From: Octopus bimaculoides
Taxonomy: Eukaryota
Direction: 5' to 3'
DNA: 59,851 bases
NCBI RefSeq assembly: GCF_001194135.2
Contig: NC_069006.1
Location: 17,109,348 to 17,169,198 of the forward strand
The notes under the pieces: model-generated
What the model saw: only the letters and a program-made list of their open reading frames with translations
Told to the model about the DNA's origin: nothing
The model's database searches: none
Part shown: piece after piece, positions 24,679 through 37,356 of the stretch
How positions within the stretch are numbered: the first letter of the stretch is position 1
Layout: every line of letters starts with the position of its first letter
Position numbers and translations under genes: made by a program

Positions 24679-25081
24679 CATATGTATGTATTATGTGTGC
24701 GTGCGTGCGTATGTGTGTGCATACATGCACACGCATGCATTAAGAATATAAAAACAAAAGCCATGACGTCTGTAAGACAATAGTGTGTTGGTCTATCACG
24801 AATATACCTGCAACGTGTAATGGAATGGTGTCCAAATAGGAAAGAAGAGAGAAACGCGCGGAGATAAAATGTCTGCCTGCACGTTATTATCTTTTCTCCT
24901 AGCGCCATGTTAGTATATTTAGCAAGTAAGCAGTGAATCGTGCTTCGAGGTGGATTTACTCAGCAGAAAACACACATACAAAATATGATTGGCCATTACA
25001 ATTGACGAGTAATACAAATATAGCTGTCGGTTGATGTGGTGGTGGTGGGAAGGGGGATTGAAGGTTTCTGAGGTGAGGGCC

Positions 25082-25112
<31 letters not shown>

Positions 25113-25378
25113 TTATTTTTTCTTGTGTTTTCTTTTGTTTAATTCATTTTGCCACTTTGTAAGGTGACTTCTTTTTTCTTTTTCTTTTTTTTTTTTCGGA
25201 ATTGGGAGAGTTTGGGAGAGTTGCAGTGCGGGGAGTGTTTGGTTCCTGAAAGAAAAGCTACACGGTGGATTTAATAGCACTTTTAAATCTGTGGAGGCAT
25301 TAAAGACGCAATATTGGTCTAATAATATCCTCGTGTACAACACGTTCAATAGGGATATATACATACGTACACACATAC

Positions 25379-25409
<31 letters not shown>

Positions 25410-25579
25410 TGTATACGCATACATATATATACATAGATATATATACATACATACATATACATACTTGCCTATATATGTGCATATATATGTATATATATGC
25501 ACATATATATATATATATTGACCGTTGACTGAACACTATTCAATTTTTTTTCTCCGTGTTTTTCTCCTTGTCTCCGTAT

Positions 25580-25616
25580 TCTTTCTGTTGAAGAGCGTAG
25601 CTCGAAACGTCAAAGA
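25580..25616 (+). ncRNA. Minimal hammerhead-like motif, variant core CUGUUGA
   Basis: TCTTT-CTGTTGA-A-GAG(cgtag)CTC-GAAAC-GTC-AAAGA; same repeat family as 18299. Confidence 0.5.
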
Positions 25617-25834
25617 CTTTCCGTATTCCCGAGCGTCATACTAATATATACTTTTGTTATTTACACCACCTGTCCTCGTCTGTTGTTATTATGTGTATAT
25701 TCTCCCATATATATATATATATAAATGTAGTATGTACATTTACACTTACATATATGACGTCATGCTTTGATACTATTCTCGTGTACATGGTTAATAGGGG
25801 TATATGTATAAATGTAGATGTATGTGTGTATTTC

Positions 25835-25865
<31 letters not shown>

Positions 25866-25953
25866 GTGTATATATGTATATATATAAGTATTTATATACA
25901 TATATACACGCATCTATATACGTATAATGCATACACATATATATGAATATATG

Positions 25954-25995
<42 letters not shown>

Positions 25996-26037
25996 NNNNN
26001 NNNNNTATATATATATATACGCACACACACATAATGT

Positions 26038-26068
<31 letters not shown>

Positions 26069-26627
26069 AACACACACACAAAGGCACAATCAGTATCACG
26101 CTACCATCAACAACACTATCCTACCACCACAACGCCAGAATTGAAACCACCACCACCACCATCACAACAACCATCACCACTACACCGCTACCATACAACC
26201 ACCATACCACAGTCAACTGTGGACATTGATGCCTCTAGCGACACGTAGATGGAGTTTATTCTTCAGAAATGCTTAATTAGTACAGACAGCTGTCATTCGC
26301 TCTTGAACATAGCGTGGTAAAGTGTACTATGCTTTCGCTAATTGTTTAAGGTGCCTGTGTAGCTGCGAGCAGACATAGACACTCTCTTTGCCTCTAACTC
26401 TTGACCTAACATCATATCCAGGATATGACAGCTGGTTGAAAGGGAAGAGAGAGAGAGAGGGGAGGGGAAAGAGGCACCAGCACTCGGCTAACTAGGATGG
26501 AGCAACGTTAAAGAAAAAGCCTTGCTCAAGGATAAAATGTACATCCCTAGTTCAGAGACTGAACGCACATTCCTATGATTTTGTGTCAAAGACTTCAATC
26601 ACCAGGCTACACGCTTTCTCTGAAATA

Positions 26628-27060
26628 TTCCTTTCTACTATAGGCACAAGGCCTGAAATGTTGGGAGAACGAGCTAGTCGATTGCATCGATCCCAGTATT
26701 CAATTGGTATTTATTTCATCCTCCCTGGAAGGATGAAAATCAGACTCAATCTTGGCGGAACTTGAACCCGGAACGTAAAGACAAAACGAAATGCCGCTAA
26801 GCATTTCGCCCGGCGTGCTAACGATTCTGCCAGCTCGTCGCCTTGCCCCCTCTGAAATAATGGTCTCAAATTTTGGCACAAAGCCATAATTTCGAGGAAG
26901 GGGAAAATCAATTGCTCAACTGGTACTTATTTCATCCATCCCGAAAAGGTGAAAATCAAAGTCAACCTCGGTGGAATTTGAACTCAGAACGTAAAGGCGG
27001 ACGAAATGCCGGTAAGCATTTTGTCCGGCATGCTAACAACTCCGCCGAATTGTCGCCTTG
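26628..27060 (-). mobile_element. Two tandem SINE family A copies
   Basis: Copies at ~26628-26845 and ~26865-27060. Confidence 0.85.
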
Positions 27061-27324
27061 CTTTTTCTGATATAATGAAAAGTGTACGTCTAATTGCAAG
27101 ACTAAGTGTACCTCTAATACCACTTTAAAATTAAAAGCGGTTTCAGAGCCTTGTGTTGTAAAAGCATATTTTTTCAAAGACCTATATTTCTCAGTTTAAT
27201 AAAGATCTATCAAAATCTGTTTAATTTAGTAAAATTGCTGACCTTGTCCTGGATAGGGAGCGATGGCTAAAGAGGACTGACCCCTATATCTTACACTTTG
27301 GACTACGTCTTATGTTTAGTTAAC

Positions 27325-27377
<53 letters not shown>

Positions 27378-27414
27378 CGTGTCGATCTTTCCAGTATACA
27401 TCTATATATGTATG

Positions 27415-27570
27415 TATACGACGGGTTTCTTTCGGTTTCCGTCAACAAAACCACTCACAGGTCTTTGGTTGGTTCGAGGCTGCAGTAGAAGACATTTGCC
27501 GAAGATGCCAAACTGTGGGACTGAACCCAGATATATGAGGTGGGGAAGCAAACTTCTTACCGCATAGCCA
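27415..27570 (-). mobile_element. SINE family B
   Basis: CGACGGGTTTCTTTCGGTTTCCGTC...GGGACTGAACCC...GGGAAGCAAACTTCTTAC. Confidence 0.8.
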
Positions 27571-28081
27571 CGCTTACGACTTGTATACACACCACACACA
27601 CACACACACACACACTACTTCTCTGTCTCTATCAATCCTTCATCAGTCTACTTTTCTATCTATCTGTCTATCTATTTAGTCAGCCGACATCTATTCACCT
27701 TTATTTCTGTTATTTAACGTCCAAAGGGCAAAGTGTACCCCCCACTGATATCCTCTAATCATCCCAAACTGACATGTGAAACCATCAATTTCTGTATATT
27801 ATTTAATTACAGTTGTGATTGGTTGTGTGAAGTCGATCACACTGAAGGCAGGGCTGTGTTTAAGCGCAGCAACATGAAGTGTCTGTGATAGACACACAGC
27901 AAGCATAAAGAATGTACATAAGCCATATACACACAGCAAATATTAGCATATGTAATGTACTCATCAGGGAACTCTTCATATAATTGCTGTTGTATATGCC
28001 ATAATAAATTGCACGTTTACGCTTGCTAAAGATCCACTTCATAGATATATGTGTGTCTGTGTCTGTGAGCATTTGTCAAAA

Positions 28082-28112
<31 letters not shown>

Positions 28113-28405
28113 GTTCTCGGGATAAAGAATGACTGTAAGAGAAATCCAGGTGAGCTCATATGGAGATAATGAAGCAAATGGACATGATTAGACTTTATAC
28201 ATGTAAATATACATGCATACACACATATAGATACACACACACACCTACACACATATACACAAACAGATAGACAAACAGACTGACAGATAGATAGATGGAC
28301 GGACGGACGGACATAACTGAATATTACAGTTCTATATTTAAGAGATGAGGAATTATTTACATTATTTACATTTGACGGATATTTGACCTCATCTTGTTTG
28401 TTGTT

Positions 28406-28451
28406 AACACAACGTTTCGGCTGATATACCCTCCAGCCTTCGTCAGGTGTC
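28406..28451 (-). ncRNA. Minimal type I hammerhead ribozyme candidate
   Basis: GACAC-CTGACGA-A-GGCTG(gagggtatat)CAGCC-GAAAC-GTT-GTGTT on the minus strand. Confidence 0.6.
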
Positions 28452-28479
28452 TTGGGGAAATTTTGAACCTGGGTTCTCA

Positions 28480-28595
28480 TTCCTAACGATGTTACTATTA
28501 TTATTATTATTATTATTATTACTATTATTAATCAGGTCGCTGCCGTGAATCGAACTCGGAATCTTGGGGTTAGTAGCCTGCGCTCTTAACCACTT
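28480..28595 (-). mobile_element. Short tRNA-like SINE with (TAA)n tail
   Basis: GTGGTTAAGAGCGCAGGCTACTAACCCCAAGATTCCGAGTTCGATTCACGGCAGCGACCTG then (TAA)n. Confidence 0.65.
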
Positions 28596-29325
28596 GAACC
28601 CAGGTTCAAAATTTCCCCAAGACACCTGACGAAGGCTGGAGGGTATATCAGCCGAAACGTGTTAACAACAAACAAGATGAGGACAAATATCCGTCAAATG
28701 TAAATAATGTAAATAATATAACTGAATATGTTCATGCATATAGACATTTATAAATACACGTAGATAAATTTAAGCATTAAAAAAATGTTGAGTACTAAGA
28801 AGAGAATGTATAGTTTTTTTTATTTTTTATTTTTTTTTTTAAACTAGACTACTGTTTCTGGAAGTTCGGAATGAGTTAATATTCGCTCGGCAGAACTCAA
28901 TCTAAACTGCTGTTCTACTAACAGGTCTTGTAATTGGCTAAGTGAACGAGAATGGGCCTCAACTATTAAAGCAGTTGTTGAAGCCGGAAGCGGGTTCACT
29001 GAATAATCCGATAAGAAAGCTTATCGAGAAGATGTGTACAACATTGTTATTGAAATATATTTGGTTTTTGGTAGATTAGAGTTGTTAATTACCAAATATA
29101 TCCTCAAATACGTCTCATAGCCTGTGTATATTATATCTAATATTATATTTTATTATGTTACACTCTGAGAAAGTGGGTAGGCTAGTGATTAGGGTGTTAG
29201 GCTCACGACCATAATGTCATGAGCTCCGTCTCTGAAATAAGGGTCATGTATTTTTGAGCAAATGACTTCATGATGCTTCTGTCACCTCAAACGAGTACTA
29301 GTCTAGTGGCTGGATCAGCCCTCAC

Positions 29326-29413
29326 TTTTTTCATCTGCCACATCCTCGAGATTCTACTGAGTAAAGGAATCGGATAACCGAAATATCTATGTTCGCTCGC
29401 GAATACAAAGCAC
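29326..29413 (-). CDS. Candidate exon (CFVFASEHRYFGYPIPLLSRISRMWQMKK)
   Basis: Branch-like CTAAC then TGCTTTAG| acceptor, AAA|GTGAGG donor, 88 nt, one fully open frame. Confidence 0.3.
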
Positions 29414-30228
29414 CTAAAGCAGTTAGCTAAAGCGTGGTACAAGTACAAGGCACGAACGGAAAAACTGAGACGATGGGAAAACGCTACAGGCAAGCAATTC
29501 ACGCCCAATTGGAAGAGAAGGGCGCAATCAAGGGTAAAATAGAGACATCTGAGAGTCTTATCGAGAAGATATTAGAGCGGTGGATTAGTAGAACAACGGA
29601 CAAAATAACATTATATTTGCTTTAGTTTTGTATGTTCAGTGTTGAAATCCCACCGAGGTCAACTTTGTTTTCGATATCGATGAATTAAAGTACAAACGAA
29701 AGACCAGTGTCTATTTAGTCGAGTAAGACATTTTAACAAATTTCTGGCCTAGTGCCTATGATAGAATCAATTATGGACATTACTACTTTATTGTCGAGTA
29801 TGTAATTTTTGGTGTGTGTATATGTACATGCGCGTGTGTATGTGTATTCGTTCTATCTTTTCATCTCTATTTTCCATTCCCAGTCCTTTAGGACGTTTTC
29901 TTTGCGTTATTTATACACTCGTCTTGTCCTATCCTTGTTTCTGAGCCGTACAGTTTTTATTTTGTTTGTATATAGTATATTTTATTTCCTTTTCATTGTT
30001 ATATTCGTACCACTACTTGTATCCTCCATGTTCGCTCACTATTCCCAGCAGTTGCTTTGCTGCTGACGCTACCAAAAATGAACAATATTATCGTTAAAGG
30101 CGTGAAATTGTAATAATTTTTTTTTTTGAACGATAACTGACGAGGATTGAGCACGTCCGTATTTTGTGAGTGTTTTTTTTTTTCGTTCCTTTGTTCTATT
30201 GTTTTGCTTCTGTATAATTTTAAAAACT

Positions 30229-30265
<37 letters not shown>

Positions 30266-31294
30266 ATTTAGAGTGTGAGGAAAAGTGTGAAAATGAATTA
30301 AGCATTGATAAGCAGTAGAATTAAACTCATACATATGAATGTGTGTGTGTGCTTCTCTTGTATGTGTATACCTAAGACGTGTGTATGCGGTCATGCATCA
30401 GTATATGGGTTTGTATGTAAGTATATATTTATATATGTGTGCATATATGGTATGCATTTATATACTTATGTGTGTATATATGTATACATATATGTTTATG
30501 TGTATATAGGTATATCTGTTNNNNNNNNNNNNNNNNNNNNNNNNNNNNNNNNNNNNNNNNNNNNNNNNNNNNNNNNNNNNNNNNNNNNNNNNNNNNNNNN
30601 NNNNNNNNNNNNNNNNNNNNNNNNNNNNNNNNNNNNNNNNNNNNNNNNNNNNNNNNNNNNNNNNNNNNNNNNNNNNNNNNNNNNNNNNNNNNNNNNNNNN
30701 NNNNNNNNNNNNNNNNNNNNNNNNNNNNNNNNNNNNNNNNNNNNNNNNNNNNNNNNNNNNNNNNNNNNNNNNNNNNNNNNNNNNNNNNNNNNNNNNNNNN
30801 NNNNNNNNNNNNNNNNNNNNNNNNNNNNNNNNNNNNNNNNNNNNNNNNNNNNNNNNNNNNNNNNNNNNNNNNNNNNNNNNNNNNNNNNNNNNNNNNNNNN
30901 NNNNNNNNNNNNNNNNNNNNNNNNNNNNNNNNNNNNNNNNNNNNNNNNNNNNNNNNNNNNNNNNNNNNNNNNNNNNNNNNNNNNNNNNNNNNNNNNNNNN
31001 NNNNNNNNNNNNNNNNNNNNNNNNNNNNNNNNNNNNNNNNNNNNNNNNNNNNNNNNNNNNNNNNNNNNNNNNNNNNNNNNNNNNNNNNNNNNNNNNNNNN
31101 NNNNNNNNNNNNNNNNNNNNNNNNNNNNNNNNNNNNNNNNNNNNNNNNNNNNNNNNNNNNNNNNNNNNNNNNNNNNNNNNNNNNNNNNNNNNNNNNNNNN
31201 NNNNNNNNNNNNNNNNNNNNNNNNNNNNNNNNNNNNNNNNNNNNNNNNNNNNNNNNNNNNNNNNNNNNNNNNNNNNNNNNNNNNNNNNNNNNNT

Positions 31295-31570
31295 GTATGT
31301 ATGTGTATGTATATATATGTATGTATGTATGTGTATGTATATATATGTATGTATGTATGTGTATGTATATATATGTATGTATGTATGTGTATGTATATAT
31401 ATGTATGTATGTATGTGTATGTATATGTATGTATGTGTATGTATATATATGTATGTATGTATGTGTATGTATATATATGTATGTATGTATATGTATGTAT
31501 GTATGTGCATATGTATGTATGTGTATATATATATATGTATGTATGTATGTGCATATGTATGTATGTGTAT
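31295..31570. repeat. Compound (TATG)n/(TA)n/(TG)n array with ~18-22 bp higher-order units
   Basis: Direct reading next to gap. Confidence 0.9.
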
Positions 31571-31572
31571 GC

Positions 31573-31605
<33 letters not shown>

Positions 31606-31830
31606 TATGCTGCGTGCCGCTGGATGTATATATTTGTGCGCGTTTGCATGTGTATTTGTTTTTGTGTGTGCGAATCTATAAATCTATAAACACCTTTCTC
31701 ATAAACATCCACATTGAACTGCAATAGACGGAAATTGCGACGGAAACTTAATTTATATTTATTATTTATTCAGCTATTTTTTTAACGCATGGTTGGACAT
31801 ACGTACACGCACGCACACGCACACACACAC

Positions 31831-31864
<34 letters not shown>

Positions 31865-32190
31865 GCATACAAACATACGTACATATATACATGCATACAT
31901 CACATGCATACATATAGACATACATATATACATACATATATGCATACATACAACCATACACATAAACATACATATATAAGTGTATGAATATGTGTGTGTG
32001 AGTGTTCTTTTAATTACTTTATTTGGAGCGCGGCCATGTTGGGCAATGCCTTAAACGGTTTTCGTTCGATCGCATACACCACAGTAATAAGGTTTTCCTT
32101 TTTTAAGTCTGGTGCTTATTTCATCGATCTCTTAGCCGAACAGCTAGGTTAAGAAACATGAACAGATACCACCATTACACAGCCACACCT

Positions 32191-32230
<40 letters not shown>

Positions 32231-32241
32231 TCTGACGCGAC

Positions 32242-32306
<65 letters not shown>

Positions 32307-34119
32307 NNNNNNNNNNNNNNNNNNNNNNNNNNNNNNNNNNNNNNNNNNNNNNNNNNNNNNNNNNNNNNNNNNNNNNNNNNNNNNNNNNNNNNNNNNNNNN
32401 NNNNNNNNNNNNNNNNNNNNNNNNNNNNNNNNNNNNNNNNNNNNNNNNNNNNNNNNNNNNNNNNNNNNNNNNNNNNNNNNNNNNNNNNNNNNNNNNNNNN
32501 NNNNNNNNNNNNNNNNNNNNNNNNNNNNNNNNNNNNNNNNNNNNNNNNNNNNNNNNNNNNNNNNNNNNNNNNNNNNNNNNNNNNNNNNNNNNNNNNNNNN
32601 NNNNNNNNNNNNNNNNNNNNNNNNNNNNNNNNNNNNNNNNNNNNNNNNNNNNNNNNNNNNNNNNNNNNNNNNNNNNNNNNNNNNNNNNNNNNNNNNNNNN
32701 NNNNNNNNNNNNNNNNNNNNNNNNNNNNNNNNNNNNNNNNNNNNNNNNNNNNNNNNNNNNNNNNNNNNNNNNNNNNNNNNNNNNNNNNNNNNNNNNNNNN
32801 NNNNNNNNNNNNNNNNNNNNNNNNNNNNNNNNNNNNNNNNNNNNNNNNNNNNNNNNNNNNNNNNNNNNNNNNNNNNNNNNNNNNNNNNNNNNNNNNNNNN
32901 NNNNNNNNNNNNNNNNNNNNNNNNNNNNNNNNNNNNNNNNNNNNNNNNNNNNNNNNNNNNNNNNNNNNNNNNNNNNNNNNNNNNNNNNNNNNNNNNNNNN
33001 NNNNNNNNNNNNNNNNNNNNNNNNNNNNNNNNNNNNNNNNNNNNNNNNNNNNNNNNNNNNNNNNNNNNNNNNNNNNNNNNNNNNNNNNNNNNNNNNNNNN
33101 NNNNNNNNNNATAGACATTAGATAACTTTGGCCCTGAGGAAAAGTATGAGGTGGTCACTTCCTCAATACTTCTCATCTTGAGTTTGCCGCAAACCACTGA
33201 TCGCCCGACCAGCTAGAAATAGTAACCAAATCCTACACGAATCCTTCGATTAAAATATTTCAGCACCAGTACACGATCTCAGTTTGTTACAAAAATGAGA
33301 GTAAAGAATATATAGACGTACACAAATTACACACACACACACACACATACGCACACAAATACATGCATTACATACACATACATATCCACATATATCAATC
33401 TTTATATTAAAAGAAATGCGGGATGCTTGTCTGTGTTTCCGTTATTTAATAATATCGTTTCCAGTTTCATGAATAGCTGAAAACATACATACATCCATAC
33501 ATACTTACTAAACTGGATGAAAGCATGGAATATTAAAATAGAATATAAAAATACATGCATGCATGGATTCAGATATACGTGCATACGTACGTATATATAA
33601 TGTGTGTGTATGCATGTATGTATGTATTACGTATGTATAAGTATGTATGCATAAACACACACACACACACATAATTGTTAAGGTCATAAATCCATTTACA
33701 TATGTACATACATCCAGACGTAGACACACGCACAAGTCATTGTAACAAAGAAAATATTTGATACAGAGAAATTGACAGCTTACTGGACATTAGTTTCTTT
33801 TAATACCATTATTTCAATTACATAGATACACTGAAGTATAACAGAGAGATTGTGTTTGTTAAATCGATAACAAGTGGAAGAGTACGATAGAAGAAATATT
33901 TGTAGGCATCTGTGCGTGTGAGTGGTGTAAAAGTTTGATAACAAGGTGCGATTTGAGATAGATGTTGCGGTTATTTCTAACTGCTCGCTCTACCACGTGC
34001 CAGTTTGTCCTTCCAATCATGAAGGCATTCTATTTTGAGGATGGCGTTTTGAGTGTCCGAGAAGAGGGCGTATTGTAGACATGGTTTGGTGCATCTTTTA
34101 TCTTTTTTCTTATACCTTT

Positions 34120-34205
34120 TAATTGTTTCAGTCATTAGACTGCGGCCATGCTGGGGCACCACCTTCAAGAATTTTTAGTCGAAAGAATCGATCCCAGTAC
34201 TTCCG
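34120..34205 (+). mobile_element. Repeat family C
   Basis: TTTCAGTCATTAGACTGCGGCCATGCTGGGGCACCACC. Confidence 0.8.
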
Positions 34206-34470
34206 TTTTTTTAATTTCTCGTGAAAATATTTTAAAAAAAACTTTTTTAACCCCAGTCCTGAGTCAAACTAAGCTTGATAAACGAAATCGGGTGAACGGA
34301 AAAACTGTGTAGAAATCCATTGAATGGATTGTAATTCAAAAGGCCACCTTAGTTGCACACAATGTCACGCTGATTCTGTATCTGGATTAACTTTTCACGA
34401 AACTCCCGTCTGTTTCGACGATAACTTCACGTGTAAGTGGCTGAATATTCCTCAGATATTGTACTCTTAC

Positions 34471-34580
34471 CGCAGTCCTCAAACCGATTCGGTATGACGT
34501 AACACATGCCAAAGATGTATTGTGTCTCCATACAGTGTTCATTTATCCAATGTTTGTCTATATTTCGCTCAAGTCGGAGA
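34471..34580 (-). CDS. Candidate internal exon of unidentified gene (LRLERNIDKHWINEHCMETQYIFGMCYVIPNRFEDC)
   Basis: Strong polypyrimidine acceptor TTTTTTTGTTTTTTCATACCATAG|, donor GCG|GTAAGA, 110 nt, only one of three frames open. Confidence 0.6.
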
Positions 34581-34984
34581 CTATGGTATGAAAAAACAAA
34601 AAAATCACCTACTTTCCCATGCAATCGGATTAGAAACCGGGAACTCATGAGAGCAAAACAAATTTCTTAAAATCGTGTCCAATTTTATGCTTAGAACATA
34701 CATATCTGTGAGAAAATAAGCAATTTAAGCTCAAATTGGAGTGCACCTGTAATATATACGTCCAGATTTGTCATACACTGTGTCGCAAGGAATCTGTCAG
34801 GGTACATCAATGGGACAAGCGCCTATGAAATATTCGGCCACATACATTATAGCTGGTACTCCGTCGGATACGACGGAACAGCCTGCTTGTGAAATTAACG
34901 TTCAAGTGACTGAGCACTCTACAGACACATATACCTTTAATATAGTCCTCAGAGGGATTCAACGTGGCACAGAATATGACACGT

Positions 34985-35150
34985 CTGGCCCTTTGAAATA
35001 CAGGTTACTACAAATTTTTGCCAGCTGAGTGGACTGGATCAACATGAAATAAAGTGTCTTGCTCAAGGACACGAAGCGCCGCCGGGTATCGAACTCACGA
35101 CCTTACGATTGCGAGCAGAATACCCTAACCACTAAATTGCGTACCTTCAT
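34985..35150 (-). mobile_element. SINE family E
   Basis: Reverse complement of the 12440 element. Confidence 0.75.
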
Positions 35151-35439
35151 ATGGATTATAGTACTGGACTGAAGGGACATACCTGTAATTTAAACGTCCA
35201 ACTTGATATTTTTTCAACAACCACGTTATGGGTTTGCGTGTCTGTGTAATGAATACTCTGCCTCTGGGGTAAAGCGGTTGAGCGAACAACTGGAATAATC
35301 CTCGCCGAAACCGACGGAGTGTTCATTTGCTAGTTCACTGTTACGTATAATTAATTCACACAAGTCACACACGTGTGAGAGAGAGAGAGAGAGAGAGAGT
35401 AAACGTGTATATGTGTGCGTGCGCGCGCTTTGTCTTATA

Positions 35440-35720
35440 TGCTTTTGACTGCAGCCATCCTGGGACATCACTTTGATGAGTTTACTCGAGTGAATCGAAC
35501 CTAGTACTTTTTCTTCAAAACCTGATACTGATTCTCCTTTATCACAGGAGCATTAAGGTACAGGGGCGTAAAAAAAAAAATCCAGTACCCGTTGTTAAGC
35601 AGAACCCTGTAGTTTTTATAAAGCCTGGTACTGATTCTATCTGCTTCTTTTATCGAAGCGCTAAGTACGGAGACATAAACAAACCAACACCAGTTGCCAA
35701 GCAGTGATAGTGGAAGGACT
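35440..35720 (+). mobile_element. Repeat family C (diverged)
   Basis: TTGACTGCAGCCATCCTGGGACATC...GAAGCGCTAAGTACGGAGACATAAACAAACCAACACC. Confidence 0.65.
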
Positions 35721-35760
35721 AATACAAGCACAAAGATGCATACACATAGATACAGTTTCC

Positions 35761-35987
35761 TTATTTCTTTACTGCCCACAAGGGGCTAAACATAGAGGGG
35801 ACAAACAAGGGATTAATTAAGTCGATTACATCGACGCCAGTGCGTAACTGGTACTTAATTTATCGACCCCGAAAGGATGAAAGGCAAAGTCGACCTCGGC
35901 TGAATTTGAACTCAGAACGTAGCGGCAGACGAAATACCGCTAAGCATTTCGCTCTGCGTGCTAACGTTTCTGCCAGCTCACCGCCTT
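35761..35987 (-). mobile_element. Full-length SINE family A (alternative tail) with 16-bp target-site duplication
   Basis: CATAGATACAGTTTCC at both 35745-35760 and 35988-36003. Confidence 0.92.
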
Positions 35988-36115
35988 CATAGATACAGTT
36001 TCCCGTCTACCAAATACGCTCACAAGACTTTGGTCAGCCCGGGGCTATAGTAGAAGACCCATGGGACTGAAATCAGGACCATATGGTTGGGAAGCAAATT
36101 TCTTATCACACAGCT
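35988..36115 (-). mobile_element. SINE family B interrupted by the family A insertion
   Basis: AGTTTCCCGTCTACCAAATACGCTCACAAGACTTTGG...GGGAAGCAAATTTCTTATCACAC. Confidence 0.75.
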
Positions 36116-36424
36116 CGCCAGCGCCCAATGGCATGTGAGTGTGTATGCACGAATGTATGTATTGGAATCTCTTTAGATATATTTCTTGTTAAGTGACCAC
36201 TATTTATGGAGACGGAGGCTGTTCGGAGATTACAGACGGAATCTCTTAATGCATGTAAAAGACAGCACTGGGAATCGAAACCGACTCCTCTGCTTTACTC
36301 ACAGGTAACGAAAAATCCTCACTCATACTCTTTCTCCCTCGACACTATATATTAATACACAGACACACAAAGTTTTGCGTTCACACACACACACACACAC
36401 CATGCACATACATGTATATGTGCT

Positions 36425-36572
36425 TGTGCATGCTTAGCTTGCTTCCCAACTACATGGTTCTGAGTTCAGTCCTTCTGCGTGGCACCTTGGGCACGTGTCT
36501 TCTACTATAACTCCAGGCCGACCAAAGCCTTATGAGTAGAATTAGTACATGGAAACTGAAAGAAGCCTGTCG

Positions 36573-36575
<3 letters not shown>
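36425..36575 (+). mobile_element. SINE family B
   Basis: CTTGCTTCCCAACTACATGGTTCTGAGTTCAGTCCTTCTGCGTGGCACCTTGGGCACGTGTC...GAAGCCTGTCGTATATA. Confidence 0.85.
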
Positions 36576-36633
<58 letters not shown>

Positions 36634-37356
36634 TGTAATGCATGCATGTATGTATATACATGTATAGATACATACATAAAGATATACACACATATATAGA
36701 TATATAGCTATCGATATGGATATGCGTACGTACGTTTCTGTGTATGAGCACGTGTGTGAGTGTTTGTGTGTACATGTATCTATAATATATATATATATAT
36801 ATATACACGTGTGTGTGTGTGCATGTTCGCGTATATGTGCCAATACACACACATACACATAGAGAGAACGCGAGAGGGTCAGCACGTGTTTATATATGTA
36901 TATGCATGCGTGCAGATATATATATATATACATATATAGATTTGTCTTCGGGTCCTTTATTTTAAGTGCCCAGACAGAGCTTTCTTTGAAGGTGTCACCC
37001 TCTGGAATACATACATTCATGTACTCATACGTACATACATATATATGGGTGTGTCTGTGTTGATGAACATATAAATGTGTGTGTGAGTGAGTGAGTGAGT
37101 GTCACAGTAGCTTCAATATAACTTATAAAAGACTATGTTCGGGACAGGGAGGAAAAACGAACGCGAATTTCATACGTATGAAGATACCGGCATTCCGATT
37201 TAACGACAGAGCAGTATATATACACACACACACGCACACGCACACACACATGCACACACGTTCATAATTACATATAAAGTATATACATACTTTCATACAC
37301 ATATGCGTACATGTGTACATAGATGAAAGTGCTTGTATACGTACATAGGATGTATG

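Larger units (their letters stand above)
28352..28716. repeat. Inverted repeat, ~123-bp arms (1 substitution + 3-nt indel), PLE-terminus-like
   Basis: Arms 28352-28476 and 28596-28716 aligned by eye; 119-nt spacer. Confidence 0.92.

Noticed and set aside
24900-24922. 23-nt plus-strand micro-exon with GCCATG between TTTTCTCCTAG and GTAAGC
   Set aside because: Such signal pairs arise by chance in 60 kb, and there are no supporting plus-strand exons.
28935-29060. CTAACAG acceptor opening SCNWLSEREWASTIKAVVEAGSGFTE*
   Set aside because: In-frame stop, no donor and no homology recognised.
34385-34455. CTGAGGA...CGAAAC on the minus strand
   Set aside because: No credible stem II, stem I or NUH triplet.
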